From Fibrobacterales bacterium (GTDB lineage Bacteria; Fibrobacterota; Fibrobacteria; Fibrobacterales; JAOPTW01): a stretch of 64,000 bases of DNA. The stretch lies in the NCBI GenBank assembly GCA_051532035.1, contig JAOPTW010000014.1, forward strand, positions 64,001 through 128,000, written 5' to 3'. Positions within the stretch are counted from its first letter, which is position 1. Each line of letters starts with the position of its first letter. The notes under the pieces were generated by a model, which was not told the origin of the DNA, searched no databases, and was given only the letters and a program-made list of their open reading frames with translations. Below are positions 51,808 through 59,764 of this stretch, in pieces. A program made the position numbers and the translations under genes.

Positions 51808-53184
51808 TTGACCACACACTCTTACACGAAACGGCACAGTATCTCATTTCAGACTTTTCAGGCAATAGCTATTGCTATCGCTCTATTGGCAACGACTCTT
51901 TTTTCGCATCACGACTCAATTCCTTATTATTACATCTCAAACAGACATACCAACCTCTCCATTCCAATTTTTGCATACCCCCCGCAACTTACAAAACTCA
52001 CTATCCCAATACTAAAAGAGCTGCACTTTAAAGACCCAGTAAATCACGGGGAGTCACTCCTTGAGATAAATAAACTTCTTGCCGGCCCACTAGGCGCAAC
52101 ACCAATTCATTCCCTTAAAAAGTCACAGGAACTCCTCTCTGAAATCAGAGCAAAAGATCCAATCAATAGAACCGCCGCACTATTACAAGCATTTCTATAT
52201 GCTCACACTGCTTCAATTGACTCAACAATAGTGTATCTCAGAAAAACAATTGTTTTTAATAAAGAGCACATCGACCTCATTACAGAGTCAGCAAAGATCC
52301 TTATATGGTTTGATCGGCATCCTGATGCTGTTCGTGCCCTTAAGTCTAGACTTCAACACGACAGAGACGATCCAGACATTAATGCACTTCTTGGCCTAAG
52401 CCACTACCACCTTAAAAATTACAAAGAAGCAATTGACGCATTTAAACGCAGCCTTAACCGCTCTCCTAATCACATTATATCGCTATCAGGTCTCGGGTGG
52501 TTATTAACCAACCACCATACCTTGGTTGACAAAGGCATTTACTACCAAGAAAAAGCATGGAGACTCAATAAGAAGCAATTAACTACTGGAATTAATCTTG
52601 GTCTCATCTATCTAACCCAATCCGAATTTTCCAAAGCAGAATCCTACTTTAGAGAGGTACTTACCTTCTCCCCTCACCACACGGGAGCCCTATCAGGCCT
52701 AATAGGGGCACTTAAAGGTCATCTCAATAAAAGCAATTCTACTGAAAATAGTATGAAAAAAGAGCTTCTTTCATTACACAAACAACTGTTACACTACTCA
52801 AATGACTCTCAAAAGCGTCTCATTATGGTTAATCTTGCACAAAGCTATTTAGAAAATGACTCTATTGATCTGGCAGTATCCATTTGTGAAAAAGCTTATT
52901 TACTAAACGATAGAGACGCCAGCGTAAAAATGGCTCTTATTGACCTCTATGAGAAAAGTTTTTATGCTATTATAGACAACAAATCAGCTCCACTCTCTCA
53001 CGCCATAACCCAGGCAATAAATTCACTGAATATCCTCCCATACCGCACCAAACTCTTTCAACAAAAGCACACAGAGTATCAAACACTCATAAAACGTGCA
53101 ATTGAGAAACAGGACCCATCTGCAATTACTCCTGATATTCAGTTTCTCATCCAAGAGTTTGAGGCTCTTTCGGCAGATAACTAA
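51808..53184 (+). CDS. Tetratricopeptide-repeat protein, probably exported
   Basis: N-terminal hydrophobic segment; repeated LG......Y..A...F...L...P patterns. Confidence 0.8.
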   Translation: MTTHSYTKRHSISFQTFQAIAIAIALLATTLFSHHDSIPYYYISNRHTNLSIPIFAYPPQLTKLTIPILKELHFKDPVNHGESLLEINKLLAGPLGATPIHSLKKSQELLSEIRAKDPINRTAALLQAFLYAHTASIDSTIVYLRKTIVFNKEHIDLITESAKILIWFDRHPDAVRALKSRLQHDRDDPDINALLGLSHYHLKNYKEAIDAFKRSLNRSPNHIISLSGLGWLLTNHHTLVDKGIYYQEKAWRLNKKQLTTGINLGLIYLTQSEFSKAESYFREVLTFSPHHTGALSGLIGALKGHLNKSNSTENSMKKELLSLHKQLLHYSNDSQKRLIMVNLAQSYLENDSIDLAVSICEKAYLLNDRDASVKMALIDLYEKSFYAIIDNKSAPLSHAITQAINSLNILPYRTKLFQQKHTEYQTLIKRAIEKQDPSAITPDIQFLIQEFEALSADN

Positions 53185-53285
53185 TACTGATTAAATACTC
53201 GAGACCAAAACTCTATCATTTTTTCCAACTTTTCTATATAAATTAATGGTACCATTAACTCTATACACCCACACACTGGCAACAT

Positions 53286-54053
53286 ATGATACGATGGACT
53301 TTGCTCATAATTATCATTGCAGGTTTGCACAATACATTTTCTCGCGAAAACTGTAGTAGTAGACGAGATTACTATTTTAGATACAACAAAGAAGCCCCTG
53401 AAGCAACCCCCGAACAACAGCCATCGGAGTATTATGTTCTCCAATACTCATGGTCACCAGACAATTGCAAAGCTCCAGGGATAAAAAATCGCCCCGGCCA
53501 GCCTGACTTTCTTCAATGTGGTAGAGGGCAATCATTTGGGTATATTCTTGACGGACTTATACCGAGGGGACCACTTAAAAACAATTTTGAACCTCATTAC
53601 TGTGAGGGCGACCAACCTAAGATAGCCCAGAGTATCCTCAATGGATACCTTTGCATGACTCCCAGCTTGAAAACACTCCAATATAATTTTGAAAAATTCG
53701 GTACATGCCTCCATGATGAAAGAATTGAAACACCTGAACTCTATTTTGAGACAAGCTTTATGCTCCACAATTCCCTCACTCTCCCCACTGAAAAAGTGGC
53801 CGCATCACTCGAGTCACTACAATGGTGGCACAAAAAAAATCCACGACTCAAAAAAGCTTCTATTAAGTTCCACAATAATCGCTGGTATTTCTGTTTTGAC
53901 AACAAGCTGCAATCAATTGCCTGTCCTCAAAAAGAGTGGGATCGAGACACCTTTAAACATCGAGGTCTTCGCTCTACACGAAAAACACTCAATTCCTTTC
54001 TTCGGTTTACTGAGTACTATAAAAATATTGATTCTTTAAGAAGTGAAGAGTAG
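53286..54053 (+). CDS. Secreted RNase T2-family homolog with degenerate catalytic sites
   Basis: Signal peptide; YYVLQYSWSP..C, LQC, ILDGLIP (CAS I), MTPS...QYNFEKFGTC (CAS II), YF; conserved cysteines. Confidence 0.8.
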   Translation: MIRWTLLIIIIAGLHNTFSRENCSSRRDYYFRYNKEAPEATPEQQPSEYYVLQYSWSPDNCKAPGIKNRPGQPDFLQCGRGQSFGYILDGLIPRGPLKNNFEPHYCEGDQPKIAQSILNGYLCMTPSLKTLQYNFEKFGTCLHDERIETPELYFETSFMLHNSLTLPTEKVAASLESLQWWHKKNPRLKKASIKFHNNRWYFCFDNKLQSIACPQKEWDRDTFKHRGLRSTRKTLNSFLRFTEYYKNIDSLRSEE

Positions 54054-54061
54054 GCCTCTTA

Positions 54062-55426
54062 CTATTGAATGTTATCTTGAGCGTATGATCGAGCGACATC
54101 TAAATCGTTCTTGAGCTGTTCAACCGCATCACGCCATTTTGATACATCTAACCCATCAGAATTCCCTAATGACTCTGCCTCTTCAGTGGGCCCTTCCATC
54201 TGCTCCACCCAAGCGTCAATCAAACTATCAGCATTAGCAAGTGGACCATCGAGGATCTTATTGAATACATCGTTATACAGGTCATCAAAAAGCAGCCAAC
54301 TTCTCGTAAGCTTATCACACTGTGCTGGACGATGCTCTATTATAGAGTAACTGTAATACTGTTCACTACAATTAAAAGAAGAATCAAAAATATCAGTAAG
54401 GATATAATTTTTATGATCTCGTTCATCTTCATTCAAATTAAAAAAAGCCTTATCTACCCCCCATGGAATAAGAGACATAGGCCCTTGAACCGATTCTTGA
54501 TACCAAAGATAATCACTATTCTTTAGCGGGTCAGACAACTCAACACCACTGATGTCTTCGTCGAGTTTATACTCCCAAAAGAGCGCTCCAATATCTGCTT
54601 TAATGGTTCGACTTACAGAAATATACGCAGCGATTGATTTCATATTAAACATACCATCAACCAGACTCTTCTGTTCAAGTACATCATCTTCTGCGATAAA
54701 CTTCTTTGTAAAACCCTCAATAGCATAGGCCCCAGCATGCCCAATTCCATCCTCTTGAAGGACCCCCGAATCTAAAAACGCCTCTGCACTTTGCGCAAGA
54801 GTGTCATAGGTCAATGGCCATTTTTCACTGTAGAGATTCCCACCATCATCATCAAATCGATGGGACAAAAAGGTATCATCTATCTGCTCTGTAAAGGCAA
54901 ACAACCCCACATAGTTCCCATTCAGTAGGATTTTTGCATGAGTAGAATACGGCGCAGGAACTCCTAATTCTCTATAGAAATAGTATCCTAGCCGTTCATG
55001 AAGTTGAGTCACATCTTTGTTCATAGAATGAAATCGAAGCTTTTTCACACCGCGGAGTCGACTATACTGTGACCCTTCCCAATTTATTTTGACTTTTAAG
55101 GAGTATTTTCCGCACCGACTTTCATCATCCTCATCTTTTTTGCATGCTCCACCGTTATACCGTATACCTACGGGATCATAACGAACACCCTCAAACTCAA
55201 GGGCGCCAACAACATATTCTTCACTCTCAATACTTGCATCTAGTGCATTAAGAGCCAAGGTATCTATAAAAAGACTAAAAGTACGAATAGTATCGAGACT
55301 AAAAAGATACTCTTGTAACTGAGTTGGATCTGTAACCTCTTTTTCAGGTGCAGGTGCCGGCACAAAATCACACCCCAATAATATCAATAGTAGACTCAAA
55401 AACATCGAACGCACTTTAGTCACCAT
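54062..55426 (-). CDS. CotH kinase-family lipoprotein
   Basis: Lipobox LLGC; VGIRY.G, KYSLKVK, D.TQLHERLGY, GVPAP, NGNYVGLF...EQIDD.FL, GNLY, IPW.xD.AF. Confidence 0.87.
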   Translation of the reverse strand: MVTKVRSMFLSLLLILLGCDFVPAPAPEKEVTDPTQLQEYLFSLDTIRTFSLFIDTLALNALDASIESEEYVVGALEFEGVRYDPVGIRYNGGACKKDEDDESRCGKYSLKVKINWEGSQYSRLRGVKKLRFHSMNKDVTQLHERLGYYFYRELGVPAPYSTHAKILLNGNYVGLFAFTEQIDDTFLSHRFDDDGGNLYSEKWPLTYDTLAQSAEAFLDSGVLQEDGIGHAGAYAIEGFTKKFIAEDDVLEQKSLVDGMFNMKSIAAYISVSRTIKADIGALFWEYKLDEDISGVELSDPLKNSDYLWYQESVQGPMSLIPWGVDKAFFNLNEDERDHKNYILTDIFDSSFNCSEQYYSYSIIEHRPAQCDKLTRSWLLFDDLYNDVFNKILDGPLANADSLIDAWVEQMEGPTEEAESLGNSDGLDVSKWRDAVEQLKNDLDVARSYAQDNIQ

Positions 55427-56126
55427 ACCTATTCACATCCTTCTCTTCTTTTTTACTATACCATTTGAAGGAATAGACAAACCCGAGAGTAATCAAATGA
55501 GTTCTATCAGGTTTTGCTTGTTGAATCTCTTGCTGAAACTGATAGCCAAGTTCAATATCTCCAACCTTTTTTATGCGATACTCTACATTTGCAGAAAGTC
55601 GATATTCATCAATTACCGCACCAACATAGTACGGGTAGAACACCTCAATGCCTATACCTGGCTTCATATCTATTTTTTTTAAACTATAGTTGACACTATT
55701 TTTTAAACGAAAATATTGATAATACTCTTCTTCGCTGTGAGTAAGATTAATCTTGTTTTGAATTTTCAATCGATGCTTAAGCTTGAGGCGCTTAGAGCCA
55801 TATTTTACTCCAACAACCATTGCATACTTAAAGGTTGATTCATAGCCTTGCTTCGAACCCGAATTATCATTTGCACGAATATACCGAGCAGAAGCACTTA
55901 CGTTAAGCCAATTGAGTAACTCATAACCCGCACCTATTTCACCAAAATACTGATCGACGGCTTGAGAGTTGTCCTTAAAGCGAATTTCACCACTTGTAAA
56001 AAGAGCACTCTTTTTGGTCAGTCCAGCTTTACCACCAATAGAAATACCAGAGACAACATCAGCCTCTGCCCAGAGTGAACTGATGCTCAGCAATCCAAAG
56101 ACTATGAGAGTTTTAATCTTAAGCAC
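55416..56126 (-). CDS. DUF2490-like outer-membrane beta-barrel protein
   Basis: Signal peptide; alternating aromatic strands; E.R, HR...Q, R.R/K, E.F and IELGYQ.Q patterns; operon context with DUF4956 and VTC. Confidence 0.75.
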   Translation of the reverse strand: MLKIKTLIVFGLLSISSLWAEADVVSGISIGGKAGLTKKSALFTSGEIRFKDNSQAVDQYFGEIGAGYELLNWLNVSASARYIRANDNSGSKQGYESTFKYAMVVGVKYGSKRLKLKHRLKIQNKINLTHSEEEYYQYFRLKNSVNYSLKKIDMKPGIGIEVFYPYYVGAVIDEYRLSANVEYRIKKVGDIELGYQFQQEIQQAKPDRTHLITLGFVYSFKWYSKKEEKDVNRYGD

Positions 56127-56134
56127 TCGTATAA

Positions 56135-56761
56135 CTACCCTTGCTCTTTGAAATCTACAGATTGTGCCTCATCAAAATAGACCATAAGGCGAGCCGTATC
56201 TCTCATAAAATTTACATCAGTAACAGTCACTCGATTAATAATTACACCAAGGCGCTCTTCAAGATCAGCCTTAAGGGCATCATAATTCTCAGGCTTAATA
56301 TTTTCAATTTTCTCATACACGACCTCTTTATGGAGGTCGACTTTAACCATTTTAAGATTTTCAAGAAATGATATCGCAACAACAATCATTGTATTACTGA
56401 GGAAGATCTCAGCATAACTCATCTTTTTATTAGCTAATGAGTTCATCACTGAAACACCAATAACAACAAATAAATAGGTCATCTCTTTAATATCTATTGG
56501 GTCGGTACGATACCGTATTATACCAAATATGGCAAAGAGGCCGAGCGCCATCCCTATGTCTAGCTCATACTTCTTCAGGGTAAAACAGAGGAAAAATACT
56601 ATGATACTGATCATGTAATAGGTGAATAGGTAATCTCGACGTTTACTATGCTGGTAATACTGTTTCCATATTACAATGGTGAGAAAAAACATATTGACAG
56701 CAAAACGAAACATCATTTTGTACACATCATCATCCAGAAAAGGAATATCTAAAAACTCCAT
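56135..56761 (-). CDS. DUF4956 family membrane protein
   Basis: GMALGLFAIFGIIRYRTDP..IKEMTYLF, multiple TM helices, soluble C-terminus L.ADLEERLG. Confidence 0.9.
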   Translation of the reverse strand: MEFLDIPFLDDDVYKMMFRFAVNMFFLTIVIWKQYYQHSKRRDYLFTYYMISIIVFFLCFTLKKYELDIGMALGLFAIFGIIRYRTDPIDIKEMTYLFVVIGVSVMNSLANKKMSYAEIFLSNTMIVVAISFLENLKMVKVDLHKEVVYEKIENIKPENYDALKADLEERLGVIINRVTVTDVNFMRDTARLMVYFDEAQSVDFKEQG

Positions 56762-57571
56762 CTACGCAACTCCTACTTTTTTAATTTTCAGCAACTTTTC
56801 TTTAAAGCTGTTGTATTTAAGGTTTTTGTAATGCACAATCATCCCTATACAGTACTTACTCAGACTGTATTTATGAATGCGCTTTGTTCGCAATGCTTTT
56901 ACAATTGGTGACTCACGGTCAAACCGTTCCTGTTTAACCTCAACAATTACTAAGCCTTTATACGGTTCCGTTTCGGCGACTATTGAATTTGAACCCGCAC
57001 TATAATTTAATTGTAAATCTATGGTAACTCGCTCTTGATCACATTTATTAACGAGTGTGAATCTCTTAAACCCAGTACGTAACGATGGTACAAGATTATA
57101 TTCTCTCTTAAGTACTTTATTAATAAACGTCATTGACTGACTAGAAAGTTCTTTTTCAATTTCTGGAATTTTAGTTCGAGTCTTGTGGGTATTCCCTTGA
57201 TGATCTTTCTCTTTAATTTCGAGATAACATCGTTTAGACTCTACATATTCACGCATTCTTATCTTTACTCTTTTTACTTTCCCATTATGGTGTTCATTAT
57301 AAAAGAGGTATTCAGGAGTATCAAAGTAAAGAGAGTCGTAGGTCATCATTCTATTTGAATCAATTTCAAGAACCTGATAAAATGGCTCTACTAATGAGAG
57401 CACCTCACATAGATCAGAAATGTGTAATATAAATTTAGAGTCCGTTCTTTTCAGAAGCGCAACTCTATCCATATCACCAAGTGAAATAGGCTCAAAACAC
57501 GCTACGGCACGTTCAACTTCACCAGAAGTGAACTGCTGTTTGGTAATATTATCATTTAATTCAGTGTGCAT
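56762..57571 (-). CDS. VTC-domain (polyphosphate polymerase, CYTH-like tunnel) protein
   Basis: LLKRTDSKF, YDSLYFDT, R.KIR.R.Y, YLEIKEK, K.R, R.T, ERVTID, IVEVK, SKYC. Confidence 0.9.
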   Translation of the reverse strand: MHTELNDNITKQQFTSGEVERAVACFEPISLGDMDRVALLKRTDSKFILHISDLCEVLSLVEPFYQVLEIDSNRMMTYDSLYFDTPEYLFYNEHHNGKVKRVKIRMREYVESKRCYLEIKEKDHQGNTHKTRTKIPEIEKELSSQSMTFINKVLKREYNLVPSLRTGFKRFTLVNKCDQERVTIDLQLNYSAGSNSIVAETEPYKGLVIVEVKQERFDRESPIVKALRTKRIHKYSLSKYCIGMIVHYKNLKYNSFKEKLLKIKKVGVA

Positions 57572-58086
57572 TGTACCCTAATACATCGTGCTAGAAAGAT
57601 TTCTCGTAGTCAGCTTAAAGCCCCACCTACACTACGATCTTAATATTTGTCATAAACAACTGTTAATAACACTGATCAAATATAAGCTTTTTATTGTAAA
57701 AAAGTTTTTTCATATCTGACTTTGAAAAGATTTGAACTCTTTTTTAATGCTCTATAGCAAAAGGGGGCTACTCTACTACCCGAAACAGAGAAGGCCTATA
57801 GCCTTAGTTACCTTTTTCGTATTTGCCTTATAAAAAAACCAGCTGACCACCACCACCCAAAACCTTATTTCTCCATACAGCAAAGAACCACATTAACGCC
57901 CTATTGTAAACATTGTCAGCTTTTTATTTACAATAGGATGTTAATGAGGCAAATATGTTGGCTTTTTACTGCAGTTTTATTTTTTTTAATATTTTCTTCC
58001 CATTTGAACTTCCATATTCGGTGAGAAATGTTTATTCTTTTTTACATAGGCACTATTCATTCGATCTTAACCCAAGGAGACACAGT

Positions 58087-59739
58087 ATGACCCTCAAAAA
58101 AGTCTATTCGCTCACCACCCTTGTGATTACTCTTACTATTTCAGCGTGCAACCCTCTTGAGTCTACAACCTCATCCCCTAAAACACAACCAACTAGCTCT
58201 ACAACAGTACTTGGACCAACACCCCCACCCTCAACAATCCCTCTCGTAGCAAAAATCATACAAACCCCTCAAGAGCTTCCCCTCTGTGACGGCACTTTCG
58301 AAGGAGCAGTCTACTACATTTTCGAAACTGAGACATTAAAAGGTTGTCTAGAAGGACAATGGACCCCATTTACTATTGCTGGCAGTGAAGGCTCCAAGGG
58401 TGACCAGGGCACCGATGGCCCCCAAGGTATTGAAGGAGCACAAGGTATAGATGGCGAAGATGGCACTCCTTGTACCGGCGTAGAAACCCAAGATGGAATC
58501 ATCATGAGCTGTAACGGAGCAATTATTGATACTCTTATTCACGGTAAAGACGGAAAAGATGGCATTGACGGTCACTCCTGTACAGTCACAGAAGAACTTG
58601 AAGAAGGGATCGTAATCAGTTGTACTACAGGATCAATCGACACCCTGTATCATGGAGAGCAAGGTGGACAAGGAAAGCAAGGCATAACAGGAACACAAGG
58701 CATTTCATGTACTATTGTTGAGCGCATCGACACTGGGCTTATCATAGAATGTGGCGAAGGCCCCCGAGACACTCTGTATCACGGCACTTCGGGATCGGAC
58801 GGTACTGATGGAAGAAATGGGACCAATGGAAATGATGGAGCAAATGGAGCAAGCTTTCTCTCAGGCATTGACCAACCTCTCCCCGAAGAAGGCACAGAAG
58901 GAGACACTTATTTAGATGTAGAAACCGGTGTCCACTTTACAAAAGAGAGCGATGGATGGCATATACTCAACGTTCGTTATGACCTAGAGATCATCTCTCT
59001 CGATTACTTACTCGAAGCTGAGGCACTCCCCTACAATATCATGCGAAGCGGTGCATCTTATAAAGATATTGTCAATGCTCAATTTACCGACCTTTCTTCA
59101 CTTACAGGGACCTTTATTGATGGACGTGACAACGCCACCTACAAAACGATAAAAATTGGAACTCAGACTTGGATGGCCGATAATTTAAATTACTCAGGCC
59201 CTACTATCGAACATGAAAAGACATTTACTATAGGGCACTGCTATGGCTCAACCGACCCAAAAGTCACTACAAACTGCGATACATACGGAAGACTCTATAA
59301 TTGGGCTGAGGCAATGGAACTTACCAATCAATACCTAGACGACAACTACATTACCACAGACAACCGCAACGGCATATGCCCTGAAGACTGGCACCTCCCT
59401 ACCGCATCGGAATATGAAACCCTCGAACAGTATGCCACCAACTATTTTGGCGACACGGCAACCAACAGTATTATTACTGCAAGTTTAAAGTCCACATCCT
59501 CACTTTGGAATAATCAACCTGGAAGCGACCTCTTTGGCTTCGGTGCACTCCCTGGAGGCATGCAGACCACCAATGGTACCTCAGCAGAACTTAACGTTAC
59601 CGCCTATCATTGGAGCGCTACAAACAGAGCACCCAACAAAGCGACCATGGTGAAACTCGACATAAATTCAACTGGAGTAGTCCAACTCGATTACCTTAAA
59701 TCCAACAAAGGCTCTGTCAGATGTATACTAACAGAGTAG
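58087..59739 (+). CDS. Lipoprotein with collagen-like segments and a C-terminal Fibrobacter succinogenes major paralogous (FISUMP) domain
   Basis: AAGGAG RBS before ATG 58087; lipobox ISAC; Gly-X-Y runs; DGRD..TYKTIKIGTQTWMADNLNY, YGRLYNW..A, GICPEDWHLPT, FGFGALPGG, SVRC. Confidence 0.9.
   Translation: MTLKKVYSLTTLVITLTISACNPLESTTSSPKTQPTSSTTVLGPTPPPSTIPLVAKIIQTPQELPLCDGTFEGAVYYIFETETLKGCLEGQWTPFTIAGSEGSKGDQGTDGPQGIEGAQGIDGEDGTPCTGVETQDGIIMSCNGAIIDTLIHGKDGKDGIDGHSCTVTEELEEGIVISCTTGSIDTLYHGEQGGQGKQGITGTQGISCTIVERIDTGLIIECGEGPRDTLYHGTSGSDGTDGRNGTNGNDGANGASFLSGIDQPLPEEGTEGDTYLDVETGVHFTKESDGWHILNVRYDLEIISLDYLLEAEALPYNIMRSGASYKDIVNAQFTDLSSLTGTFIDGRDNATYKTIKIGTQTWMADNLNYSGPTIEHEKTFTIGHCYGSTDPKVTTNCDTYGRLYNWAEAMELTNQYLDDNYITTDNRNGICPEDWHLPTASEYETLEQYATNYFGDTATNSIITASLKSTSSLWNNQPGSDLFGFGALPGGMQTTNGTSAELNVTAYHWSATNRAPNKATMVKLDINSTGVVQLDYLKSNKGSVRCILTE
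58471..58785 (+). repeat. Three Cys-paired modules CT.....G....C......DTL(I/Y)HG separated by Gly-X-Y stretches
   Basis: CTGVETQDGIIMSCNGAIIDTLIHG / CTVTEELEEGIVISCTTGSIDTLYHG / CTIVERIDTGLIIECGEGPRDTLYHG. Confidence 0.8.
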
Positions 59740-59764
59740 GAAATGAAAGGCCACGTTAAATGAT

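Noticed and set aside
57647..57680. PHO-box-like TGTCAT/TGTTAA/TGATCA repeats upstream of the VTC operon
   Set aside because: Spacing is 13 and 12 bp instead of 11, the matches are poor, and they point away from the operon.
57955..58086. N-terminal extension of the FISUMP lipoprotein
   Set aside because: An AAGGAG RBS and a proper lipoprotein signal start at ATG 58087.
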